Shown here: in pieces, positions 53,901 to 62,072 of the stretch | Numbering within the stretch: the stretch's first letter is position 1 | Layout: each line of letters opens with the position of its first letter | From: an uncultured Coriobacteriaceae bacterium | GTDB taxonomy: Bacteria > Actinomycetota > Coriobacteriia > Coriobacteriales > Atopobiaceae | Length of the DNA: 64,000 nucleotides | Direction of reading: 5' to 3' | Assembly: GCA_902780305.1 (NCBI GenBank) | Contig: CACZFB010000038.1 | Location: forward strand, 213 to 64,212 | The notes under the pieces: model-generated | Seen by the model: the letters and a program-made list of their open reading frames with translations, nothing else | What the model was told of the DNA's origin: nothing | Database searches by the model: none | Position numbers and translations under genes: made by a program

Positions 53901-55552
53901 AGCTCAACAGCTTTGGCTGCGGCCTGGACGCGCTTACCACCGACCAGGTGCAGGAAATTCTGGAGGCCAGCGGCAAGATCTACACCGTGCTCAAGATCGA
54001 CGAGGTGTCCAACCTGGGCGCGGCGCGCATCCGCATTCGCTCGCTCATGGCGGCGCTCGAGGAGGAGCGCGAACAGGTGGAGATGCTGGCGGAGCGCGGC
54101 GAGGCCGAGGAGGTCGAGCCCGAGGGCGTTCACATGGCCGACGGCTCGCTCGAGCACGCGCGCAACACCGATCTGCGTCGCCGGCCGCCCGTCTATCGTC
54201 GCTCACAGAGCGCCGCATTCAACAAGGTGCGCTATACCAAGGAGATGCAGGACAAGGGTTACACCATCCTGGCCCCGCAAATGTCGCCCATCCACTTCGA
54301 GGTGGTGGAGGCCGTGCTGCGCAATGCCGGCTTCAACGTGGTGCTGCTGCCGTCGGTGGACCACGGTGCGGTAGACGCCGGGCTCAAGTACGTTAACAAC
54401 GACATCTGCTACCCGTCCATCCTGGTTACGGGGCAGCTTATCAACGCGGTGCTCTCGGGTAAGTACGACCTCACCCGCACGGCGGTGCTCATCAGCCAGA
54501 CCGGTGGCGGCTGCCGTGCGACCAACTACATCGCGCTCATCCGCAAGGCCCTCAAGGACTCCGGTCATCCCGAGATTCCGGTAATCTCGCTGTCGGTTGC
54601 CGGTGGCCTGGACGAGAGCAATCCTGGCTTCAACATTCTGCAGCCCAAGCTGATTATGGGTGGCGTCCATGCCCTGGTGTATGGCGACCTCATCATGCAG
54701 TGCCTGTACCGCACGCGCCCCTACGAGGCGGAGCCGGGCTCTGCCGACGCGCTCTATCGTGAGCTCATGCAGCGCGCCAAGGTCCAGGTGCCCGGCGGAT
54801 CCCGCAAGGCGTTCTACCGCCTGTGCGAGGACACGGTGCGTGCCTTCGACGAGCTCCCGCTGGAAAACGACCGCTCCAAGCCGCGCGTGGGCGTGGTGGG
54901 CGAGATCTTGGTCAAGTTCCACCCCACTGCCAACAACGACGTGGTGCGCGTTATCGAGTCGGAGGGCTGCGAGGCAAACGTGCCCGGACTGGTGGACTTC
55001 TTCCTGTTCGGTACCTCCAACCAGATCAACCTCAAGAACGAGCTGGGCACCAAGGCGCAGAAGCGCCTGACCCATGGCATCGGCATCGGGCTCATCGACC
55101 AGATTCGCAAGCCCATCAACAAGATGCTGGAGGAGAGCGAGCGCTTTGAGCCGTGGACCCAGATCTTCGAGCTGGGCAAGAAGGCCGAGCAGGTCCTGTC
55201 GCTGTGCAACACCATGGGCGAGGGTTGGCTGCTTACGGCCGAGATGATCGAGCTCATCGAGACAGGCACGCCCAACATCGTGTGCGCCTCTCCGTTTGCC
55301 TGTCTGCCCAACCACGTGGTGGGCAAGAGCGTGATCAAGCGCCTGCGGCAGATGCACCCCGAGAGCAACATCGTGGCCGTGGATTACGACCCCGGCGCGA
55401 GCGAGGTCAACCAGCTCAACCGCATCAAGCTCATGATTAGCGTTGCCAAGGAGAACTTCCGCAACGGCGGTTCGTTCAAGCTGGAGGGCGACCAGATAGC
55501 GGACAATGCGTTCGACCGCATCGAGCGCGAGCTTACGAAGGCCGGAATCTGA
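50963..55552 (+). CDS. Giant (1529 aa) CoA-substrate-specific enzyme activase family protein: two BcrAD/BadFG ATPase modules fused to dehydratase-subunit-like (DUF2229-type) domains
   Basis: Trimmed to ATG 50963 behind GGAAAGGAG. Motifs GIDVGSTTVKLAVID and GIDAGSTTLKAAVV. 8-nt overlap with the TetR stop. Confidence 0.85.
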   Translation: MVRTSSSNAAQSAAKPAVALVADGAELKPAHLVDFSHAHLRLGIDVGSTTVKLAVIDANNNLVYANYERHHTDIRATAKELFARARKVIGDARMRVSITGSGGMLLATWLGLEFVQEVIASKRAVETLIPQTDCAIELGGEDAKIIYFDAGIEQRMNGTCAGGTGAFIDQMASLLKTDAPGLNELAKNATHIYPIASRCGVFAKSDVQPLLNEGAAPADIAASIFQAVANQTVSGLACGHPIRGYVAFLGGPLQYLSELRERFYLTLNLDEEHRIVPQNAHLFVATGAALAGETDKKVSFAEVIDALNALKDTQGTEVARLAPLFATKEDLDAFHERHDAQVVSKGVLDNYHGRVFIGIDAGSTTLKAAVVGEDGELLYTWYDVNNGDVLGTARAIMNDIYDHMPADCEIGHVTTTGYGEGILIEALRADSGEVETVAHLRGAQAFVPDVEFILDIGGQDMKCLQVRDGVIEHISLNEACSSGCGSFVASFADSMGMTVQEFAQAAVGGERPVDLGSRCTVFMNSRVKQAQKEGATIGDVAAGLSYSVIKNALFKVIKLRDYEEIGKHIVVQGGTFMSDATLRAFELLTGRDVIRPDIAGSMGAYGAALLARDRAGLSGVSTVLDRKALNSLEVKLTKVHCGRCSNNCLLTINDFGGGHRFITGNRCEKGSGRSRAGKIEAPNLFKEKNELLFGRKGIEPQDARRGTVGIPRALNMYENYPFWHTFFTKLGFAVVLSDQSTKQTYEAGIESMPSESVCYPAKLSHGHIMNLLEKDVDFIWMPCIRWERQEDEKATNHYNCPIVMSYPQALELNVDELSSGTVEYLAPFLPYDDKRELKRRLYEVVSVQREQDAKQGKGRFHGVHITRKEIDEAVDAAWQEDIAFKDAMHRRGDEVLAWMEEHDKHGIVIAGRPYHNDPEINHAIPELINSFGFAVLTEDSVAHKMEPERPIRVVDQWMYHSRLYRAARFVSTRNDLDLIQLNSFGCGLDALTTDQVQEILEASGKIYTVLKIDEVSNLGAARIRIRSLMAALEEEREQVEMLAERGEAEEVEPEGVHMADGSLEHARNTDLRRRPPVYRRSQSAAFNKVRYTKEMQDKGYTILAPQMSPIHFEVVEAVLRNAGFNVVLLPSVDHGAVDAGLKYVNNDICYPSILVTGQLINAVLSGKYDLTRTAVLISQTGGGCRATNYIALIRKALKDSGHPEIPVISLSVAGGLDESNPGFNILQPKLIMGGVHALVYGDLIMQCLYRTRPYEAEPGSADALYRELMQRAKVQVPGGSRKAFYRLCEDTVRAFDELPLENDRSKPRVGVVGEILVKFHPTANNDVVRVIESEGCEANVPGLVDFFLFGTSNQINLKNELGTKAQKRLTHGIGIGLIDQIRKPINKMLEESERFEPWTQIFELGKKAEQVLSLCNTMGEGWLLTAEMIELIETGTPNIVCASPFACLPNHVVGKSVIKRLRQMHPESNIVAVDYDPGASEVNQLNRIKLMISVAKENFRNGGSFKLEGDQIADNAFDRIERELTKAGI

Positions 55553-55578
55553 GAAAAGGGGCCTGACCCCTTTTCTCA
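55550..55578. terminator. Family B palindrome containing the activase stop codon
   Basis: TGAGAAAAGGGG-CCTGA-CCCCTTTTCTCA. TGA is at 55550-55552. Confidence 0.7.
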
Positions 55579-55598
55579 CCCTCGGGTGAGGTTGGACC

Positions 55599-56372
55599 AT
55601 GAGTATGGCACAACGGTGGAAAGCGTTTTGGGATGGTGACCCGCGGGATTTGGAACCCGCCCGCAAGCTCGACCTGCTCACGGGCTACAACGTACGTGAG
55701 TTGGGCGGCTATGCGGTGGACGGGGGAGCGACCCAATACCGTCGCTTCCTGCGTTCCGGCGGGCTCGACACGCTGAGCCGGCAGGACCAGCAGCGCCTGC
55801 ATACGTACGGCGTGCGCCTTGTGGTGGACCTGCGCGGCGATCACGAGGTCGGGGTGGCGCGCGACCAGCTGGCGCACATGCGGGACGTGCGCTTCTTGCA
55901 CGCCTCCCTGTTCGACCTGGACATGTCGGACCCAAGGCTCGAGCGTGGCAACGACGAGGGCAGCTACTTTACCTTGGGATACCTCACCATGTTGGGCAAC
56001 CACGACGCCATACGCCGCATCTTCTCGTTCTTCGCGACGGCGGGGGAGGACGAGTGCGTGCTCTTCCACTGTGCCGCGGGCATGGACCGCACGGGCGTAA
56101 CCGCCATGCTGCTGCTGGGGCTGGCGGGAGCCTCGCGCGAGAGGATCATTGCCGACTACTGCTACTCGTTTGGGTCGGTGGCCGAGGTTGACCGCATGGT
56201 GCTGCAGGGCAAGAAGAGCGACCGGCGCGAGCTGCTGCTGCGTCACGAGGCCATGGCCATCACCTACGATCGCCTCATCGGCGCGTATGGGTCACCAGAG
56301 CGTTTTCTCCTGCATTGTGGCGTTACCCGCGAGGAACTCGATCACGTTCGCGCGCATCTGTTAAGCACATAA
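55599..56372 (+). CDS. Tyrosine-protein phosphatase (Y_phosphatase3-type, CX5R)
   Basis: FHCAAGMDRTG. Confidence 0.8.
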   Translation: MSMAQRWKAFWDGDPRDLEPARKLDLLTGYNVRELGGYAVDGGATQYRRFLRSGGLDTLSRQDQQRLHTYGVRLVVDLRGDHEVGVARDQLAHMRDVRFLHASLFDLDMSDPRLERGNDEGSYFTLGYLTMLGNHDAIRRIFSFFATAGEDECVLFHCAAGMDRTGVTAMLLLGLAGASRERIIADYCYSFGSVAEVDRMVLQGKKSDRRELLLRHEAMAITYDRLIGAYGSPERFLLHCGVTREELDHVRAHLLST

Positions 56373-56434
56373 GCGCATCATGTGGCAAAATGGGGTAGCA
56401 TAGATGCCACGTCAACCCGTCACGAAAGGCTTGC

Positions 56435-57181
56435 ATGGAACCTCACGAACAATGTTGGGTGCGGTTGCCCCTGGATGGTGCGTTTAACGTAAGGGAGCTG
56501 GGGGGTTACCCCGTTTTAAACGGTGGACAGACCAAATTCCGTAGGTTCTTGCGAGGGGACGGGCTGGGAAGGCTCACGTCGTGGGACGAGCGGTTTTTGC
56601 ACGACTATGGCGTGCGCGCGGTGGTGGACCTGCGCGATGCGTCGGAAGTCGCGGACTTTCCCGACAAGCCCATCGCGCGTAATGTTGCCTATGCCAACAT
56701 CCCGCTGTTGGGATTCAACATGGCCGATGCGCAGGCGGTGGACCAGATTATGGACGCATCCGACTTAACCATGGATGCCCTGTATCGCATGATTCTGGAG
56801 AACTACGAGGCCATCCGCGCGTGCTTCCGCTTTATTGCGGATGCGCCAAAGGGCTGCGTGCTCTTCCATTGTGCGGTGGGCAAGGATCGCACCGGCATTC
56901 TTGCCATGCTGCTTTTGAGCTTGGCTGGCGTGGACAAGTGGGACATCGTGGCGGACTACATTCAGACGCGGCCCAACCTCATGCGCGACGAGGTGTTTGC
57001 GCTCGACTGGCTCGACGCGCAAAACCAGCCGTTTAGGGAGGGCATGGAGTCGTCGCCCGACGTCATCGAGCATGCGTACGACCTGGTGGAGCTCGAGCAT
57101 GGCGGCGTGGAGAGCTACCTGTTGGAGTGTGGTGTTCCCGACGAGGACGTGGCGTGCGTGCGCAGGAGGCTTCTGGCCTAG
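56435..57181 (+). CDS. Tyrosine-protein phosphatase paralogue (CX5R)
   Basis: FHCAVGKDRTG. Same N-terminal NVRELGGY motif as the upstream gene. Confidence 0.8.
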   Translation: MEPHEQCWVRLPLDGAFNVRELGGYPVLNGGQTKFRRFLRGDGLGRLTSWDERFLHDYGVRAVVDLRDASEVADFPDKPIARNVAYANIPLLGFNMADAQAVDQIMDASDLTMDALYRMILENYEAIRACFRFIADAPKGCVLFHCAVGKDRTGILAMLLLSLAGVDKWDIVADYIQTRPNLMRDEVFALDWLDAQNQPFREGMESSPDVIEHAYDLVELEHGGVESYLLECGVPDEDVACVRRRLLA

Positions 57182-57377
57182 GGTTGCGATCGTTGCGTTT
57201 GCTTGGTGGTGGCGCTGTCCGTTTGGGAAGAGGCCTCCAATCGTGATGTGCGTTCCTGCCATGTGCCAGAGGAATGCCGCCATTGGTGCTTTTTGTCAAC
57301 CATTCAATTCTTGTTCTGGGATACAGTGAGGGTACTGTCGTCCTACGAGTACGCTACAAAGAGACTGGAGGAGCCGC

Positions 57378-57920
57378 ATGGATCCAAGGGCATTGCTCAT
57401 AGCGATTGCCGTGGCCATCCCCCTCGTTTCGGGGTGTATGCTGTGGGCAAGCAGCGGTGTTATTGCCGAGCGTCACCACAGCCATCACGACACCTACCAA
57501 ATCGCGAGCACGCTCAGCTTCTCCATAGTCTTTGCCATGATCGTGATGAGCGTGCTGGCCATGCTCTTGGAGCGCCTTTGCGTCGTTGGCGTGTTCCGTG
57601 CCGACGGGGGCGTGGCAGTTGGCTTCTTCGATGGGTTTCTCATCGTCTCATTCGTGTACTGGCTTCTCCTGCGGCGGTATCGGGTGGTCACCTACGACGA
57701 CCGCATGCTAGTGACGCCTTTCTTTGGCCGTACCATCGAGATTCGCTATACAGACATAAGTGCCATGGAATGGACCACGTCGGTAATCGTGCCTCAGGGA
57801 CGCAACGTTCGTGTGTTCGTGGCCAACCGCAAGCGCGTGCTGCTCTGGGCCGTGTTGGACTTGGACCAGATCCTGTATCGCATTAACCGCTTTGACGTGC
57901 TGGATAGCCTGAGCAGCTAA
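57378..57920 (+). CDS. Hypothetical membrane protein (about 3 TM segments + soluble C-terminal domain)
   Basis: ATG behind GGAGGAG. 180 aa. Confidence 0.6.
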   Translation: MDPRALLIAIAVAIPLVSGCMLWASSGVIAERHHSHHDTYQIASTLSFSIVFAMIVMSVLAMLLERLCVVGVFRADGGVAVGFFDGFLIVSFVYWLLLRRYRVVTYDDRMLVTPFFGRTIEIRYTDISAMEWTTSVIVPQGRNVRVFVANRKRVLLWAVLDLDQILYRINRFDVLDSLSS

Positions 57921-57940
57921 CGCGTGCAAACGTGTGGCGC

Positions 57941-58390
57941 CTACAGCGCGCCACCCTCCTCGATCTTGGTGATGAGGTCCACGCGGCGCTGGTGCCTGCC
58001 GCCCTCGTAGGTGGCATCGAGCCAGGAGTCCACGATGAGCTTGGCCATCTCGTCTCCCACGACGCGTGCGCCAAACGCCACGATGTTGGCGTTGTTGTGA
58101 CGCTTGGACAATGCGGCGGTGTAGGGCTCGGAGCAAACGCAGGCGCGCACGCCGCGTACCTTGTTTGCCGCCAGGCTGATGCCCACACCCGTCCCGCAAA
58201 TGAGGACGCCGCCATCCACCTCGCCGGAGGCGACGAGTGTGCCCACTTTGTAGCCGCTTATGGGGTAGTCAAAGCTCTGCGTGCTGTTGGTTCCCACGTC
58301 CAACACCTCAACGCCGCGCTGCTCGAGGTGGCTCTTAATGGTGTTCTTGAGGTCGACGGCCGTGTGATCGTTGCCAATTGCGAGCTTCAT
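57941..58390 (-). CDS. rpiB: Ribose-5-phosphate isomerase B
   Basis: Trimmed to ATG 58388-58390 (MKLAIGNDHTAVDLK..). Motif LICGTGVGISLAANK. Confidence 0.9.
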   Translation of the reverse strand: MKLAIGNDHTAVDLKNTIKSHLEQRGVEVLDVGTNSTQSFDYPISGYKVGTLVASGEVDGGVLICGTGVGISLAANKVRGVRACVCSEPYTAALSKRHNNANIVAFGARVVGDEMAKLIVDSWLDATYEGGRHQRRVDLITKIEEGGAL

Positions 58391-58468
58391 GTACGCTTCC
58401 CTTCGCTGGGTTTGCCCATTTGTGCCCATGATACACTAAGTGATGCCAATTGCTGCGAAAGGCTGGCT

Positions 58469-59314
58469 ATGATTAAACTTGCGCTCTCCGACTTGGACGA
58501 CTCTCTCATCCGCGTGGGGCTTCCGCATGCCACGCGACATGCGCTCGATGCCATCCACAAGATGCTCGACGCGGGCCTGCGATTTGGCCCATGCACCGGG
58601 CGTGTCCCCTGGGACCTGCATCTGCTCTTTGCCGAGGACCACGCCGCCTACCAGACGGGCGTCACGGTCAACGGCCAGCTCGTGTACATAGACGGTGAGC
58701 TGGTGTTCGACAAGCCCATTCCCCATGAGGGGCTGCAAAAGGTAGCGAATACGGTGTACGACTTCCCGGGCACTGCGCTGATGATAAACGACTTTGGCAA
58801 TCGCTACTCGGTGGGCATCTCGGCCCAGGAGATAGGGGAGTACTACAGCGAGTTTGGTCGAATCGGCACGGTGCGGGTGCGCATTCCTGAGGACCGGCCC
58901 ATATACAAGGCAAACATACGCGTGGTGGGCGACAAGCAGCGCTTGCACGAGGTGCGTCGCCAACTCATGCACCTGGTTCCCGAGCTGGACTTCGTGTATC
59001 CCAACCCGCACGTCAACTACATCGACGTTGCCTCCAAGGGATGGAGCAAGGCGCGCGGCGTGGAGGTACTCGTGCGTGAGCTGGGCATTGGGTTGGACGA
59101 GGTCGTGGTGTTCGGTGACGCCGAGAACGACCTGGACGTGCTGCGCTACGTGCCCAATTCCGTGGCCATGCAAAACGCCACGCCTGCCGCTGCGGAGGCT
59201 GCCCGCTGGCACATTGGCCCAAGCGCACAGGATGCGGTGGCAGACGCCCTGCTCGACATCGTGGACGCTGCCAGCCGCGGTGCCATGCCGTCGTTTGCAA
59301 AGGAGGACCAATGA
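58469..59314 (+). CDS. Cof-type HAD-IIB phosphatase
   Basis: Trimmed to ATG 58469 (MIKLALSDLDDSL..). Motif VVFGDAENDLDVL. Confidence 0.8.
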   Translation: MIKLALSDLDDSLIRVGLPHATRHALDAIHKMLDAGLRFGPCTGRVPWDLHLLFAEDHAAYQTGVTVNGQLVYIDGELVFDKPIPHEGLQKVANTVYDFPGTALMINDFGNRYSVGISAQEIGEYYSEFGRIGTVRVRIPEDRPIYKANIRVVGDKQRLHEVRRQLMHLVPELDFVYPNPHVNYIDVASKGWSKARGVEVLVRELGIGLDEVVVFGDAENDLDVLRYVPNSVAMQNATPAAAEAARWHIGPSAQDAVADALLDIVDAASRGAMPSFAKEDQ

Positions 59315-60162
59315 TCAAACTCGTGCTCACCGACTTGGACGACACACTTATAAAGAACGGCCTGCCACGCGCGACCGACCATGCGCTGGCGGGCATCCAC
59401 GCCCTGCTGGATGCCGGAGTGCGCTTTGGGCCGGTCTCGGGTAGGATTCCGAGCGACTTGGGTTGGATGTTTGGCGACGATGCGGCCTGCTATGCCACCG
59501 GAGCTCCGGTAAACGGGCAGATGGTGTACGTTGACGGCAGGCTGGTGCACGTGGAGAAGCTCGATGGCGCCGAGCTCAACAGGCTCGCGTGTCTGGTCTC
59601 GGCCATACCTGGAACCTGCCTTGCCCTCTACGACTTCGACGCGCCAAGCGACGAGGGGGCTGGCTACTTCGTTTCGCCAAGCGAGGAGCATGCGCAGGAG
59701 TGTCTGGGCATCTTTACCCACTTCCACCGGTTCGTGCGTTCGCTCGATGAGCCACAGTACGTAAAGGCTAACGTGTGGTGCGCCGGCGACCGCGAGCACA
59801 TCACCGAGGTTCGCGACATGCTGCGCGAGGAGTTTCCCTCCATGGACTTCGTGTTTCCCAGTCCGACGGCGCCCATCATCGACATATCGCCGGCGGGATG
59901 GAGCAAGGGTACGGCGGTGCGCTATCTCGCGCGCGAGCTTGGTCTTTCGCTGGACGAGGTCGCCGTGTTCGGGGACTCCGAGAACGACCTGTCCATGATT
60001 CGTGCGGTCCCCAACTCCGTTGCGGTCTCCAACGCCAGCCCTGAGGTGGCCCAGGAGGCACGCTGGCACATCGGGTCGAGCGCCGACGACGCGGTTGCCG
60101 ACGCGCTGTTCCAAATCGCCCAGGCAACCATGGCAGGCGTTATGCCTGCGTTCATGCGGTGA
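59311..60162 (+). CDS. Cof-type HAD-IIB phosphatase paralogue
   Basis: MIKLVLTDLDDTL..AVFGDSENDLSMI. ATGA overlap with the upstream paralogue. Confidence 0.8.
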   Translation: MIKLVLTDLDDTLIKNGLPRATDHALAGIHALLDAGVRFGPVSGRIPSDLGWMFGDDAACYATGAPVNGQMVYVDGRLVHVEKLDGAELNRLACLVSAIPGTCLALYDFDAPSDEGAGYFVSPSEEHAQECLGIFTHFHRFVRSLDEPQYVKANVWCAGDREHITEVRDMLREEFPSMDFVFPSPTAPIIDISPAGWSKGTAVRYLARELGLSLDEVAVFGDSENDLSMIRAVPNSVAVSNASPEVAQEARWHIGSSADDAVADALFQIAQATMAGVMPAFMR

Positions 60163-60177
60163 CGCATACGGTCGCCC

Positions 60178-60201
60178 ATCAATGGGGGTTACCCCTTTGA
60201 T
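60178..60201. repeat. REP-like element, family A, single copy
   Basis: ATCAATGGGGGTTACCCCTTTGAT. Confidence 0.85.
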
Positions 60202-60280
60202 AGGCGGATGCGGAATGACCATTTCATGCTTATGTGGGTAAAGGCGCTATACTGGTGCTTGACCGCATGAAAGGGGTCCT

Positions 60281-61486
60281 ATGAGAAAGTTTTCGCTCAA
60301 AGAGCTGGCGATGGTCTGTGGCGTGGTGCTGGCCTTCATTGCGCTCTTCCAGAGCTGGAATGGCGTGGTGTCGTTTTTGGGCATCGTTCTTACTGCCATA
60401 GTGCCGCTTATCGTTGGTGCGGCGATCGCCTACGTCATCTCCATTCCCATGAACTTCCTGGAACGACATCTGTTTCCCACCGCCACGTCAACCTTTGCAA
60501 ATGCGGTAAGAAAGCCGATTGCGCTGCTCATTACGGTTGTGATCGTGCTTGCGGGAATCGCACTCTCCTCGTCGGTGCTCATCCCCGCCCTCATCGAGAC
60601 GGTAAAGATGGTTCAAGACGTCGGGCAGGCGTACGTGGAGAAGCTCATCCAACAGCCCTTCCTCAGCCCCATACGGCAGACCGTGCACGATTTTATAAAC
60701 GGCGACCTCGTGCAGAGCTTTAAGCGGCTGGACATCGGCGGCGTGGTAAAGGAGATGTTTGGCGGTACCATCGGCAACGTCACCACGCAGCTGTTCAACG
60801 TGGTGAGCGTCGTGATGACTGGCTTCTTTGGCATCCTCTTCTCGTTTATCCTTCTCACCGACACCACCCATGCCGTAAGAAAACTGATGGCCGTAGCGCG
60901 AGAGTACCTCGGTGCGGAGCGCTTTGCGAAGATGACCCGAGTCATTAAGGTGGCGGACCGTTCGTTCCACAGCTTTATCGTTCGCCAGTTCGTCGAGGCG
61001 AGCATTTTGGGCACGGTGGGCGGACTGGTGCTGTTGCCTACGGGTTTTCCGTATGCGATCGGTGTTGGTGTGCTGGTGGCGCTCATGGCACTCATACCCA
61101 TCGTGGGCTACCCGGTGGGACTGGTGCTGGGGGCCTTTATGACGGCCATCTTCGATGTGTGGGCGGCCCTGCTCTTCGTGCTGGCGGTGGCCATCGCGCA
61201 GGTGCTTGAGTCAACGTTCCTGCTTCCCCATGTTGGCGACCGGCGCACGATGCTGCCACCGGTGCTGATTACGGTTGCGGTTACCATAGGTGGTGGCGTG
61301 GCAGGGTTCGTGGGCATGCTGGTGGCCATTCCCATTGGCTCGACCATCCGTCAGCTCGTCCTGATGGATGTCGAGAGGCGTCAGAACGAGCGAGGGATTA
61401 CGGCGGAACGACCTGTTGATGACGACCTGCCCGCAGAGGCTGATCCGCAACGAAAGCCCGCCAAGCACGCCGCCGAGCGGCGTTAG
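60281..61486 (+). CDS. AI-2E family transporter (UPF0118/PerM-like)
   Basis: 401 aa, about 8 TM segments; family-typical ..IPIVGYPVG.. and ..LPPVLITVAVTIGG.. regions. Confidence 0.75.
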   Translation: MRKFSLKELAMVCGVVLAFIALFQSWNGVVSFLGIVLTAIVPLIVGAAIAYVISIPMNFLERHLFPTATSTFANAVRKPIALLITVVIVLAGIALSSSVLIPALIETVKMVQDVGQAYVEKLIQQPFLSPIRQTVHDFINGDLVQSFKRLDIGGVVKEMFGGTIGNVTTQLFNVVSVVMTGFFGILFSFILLTDTTHAVRKLMAVAREYLGAERFAKMTRVIKVADRSFHSFIVRQFVEASILGTVGGLVLLPTGFPYAIGVGVLVALMALIPIVGYPVGLVLGAFMTAIFDVWAALLFVLAVAIAQVLESTFLLPHVGDRRTMLPPVLITVAVTIGGGVAGFVGMLVAIPIGSTIRQLVLMDVERRQNERGITAERPVDDDLPAEADPQRKPAKHAAERR

Positions 61487-62064
61487 CGGTTCATTCCGGG
61501 GAATCCCAGCTGGCGCAGGGCCTCAAAGAGCACGATTGCTACCGCGTTCGAGAGGTTCAGCGAAGAGATCACACCTTCACGCTCGTCCACGAAGTTACCG
61601 CAGATGTCTCGCTTAAGCTCCGGGTGGAGGCGCTCGTGGCTGCGATGCCAATCGTGGGCATTCGCGAGCGCGTCGTCGTTGAGCATGGGAATGCGCTCGC
61701 ACAGGTCTGGATGGGCATGCAGGAGGTCCCGGTCCAGTCCGGAGCTCTCCTTTCCGAACACGAGCCAATCGTTCATGGAATAGCTTGCCTCGGCGTAGGT
61801 TTTGCTGGCCGCCTTGGTGAGCAGGTGGACGTTGTCGGCAAGGCCGCCGGCGAGGCGTTGCCCCAGGAAGTCGTCCCAGGAGTGGTAGGTGCAGACGTCG
61901 AGGCTGTCCCAGTAGGCGAGGCCTGCGCGACGCACCGCCTTGCTCGAGAGGTCGAACCCCAGAGGCCCCACCAAATGGAGCTGCGCGCCCGTAAGAACGC
62001 AGGTGCGGCCTATGTTTCCGGTGTTCGCGGGAATCTGTGGCTCCACAAGCACAACGTTCAGCAT
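61483..62064 (-). CDS. trmL: tRNA (cytidine/uridine-2'-O-)-methyltransferase TrmL (SpoU family) with an extended C-terminal half
   Basis: Trimmed to ATG 62062-62064 (MLNVVLVEPQIPANTGNIGRTC..). C-terminal SLNLSNAVAIVLFEALRQ. Confidence 0.85.
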   Translation of the reverse strand: MLNVVLVEPQIPANTGNIGRTCVLTGAQLHLVGPLGFDLSSKAVRRAGLAYWDSLDVCTYHSWDDFLGQRLAGGLADNVHLLTKAASKTYAEASYSMNDWLVFGKESSGLDRDLLHAHPDLCERIPMLNDDALANAHDWHRSHERLHPELKRDICGNFVDEREGVISSLNLSNAVAIVLFEALRQLGFPGMNR

Positions 62065-62072
62065 GGCTTTGC

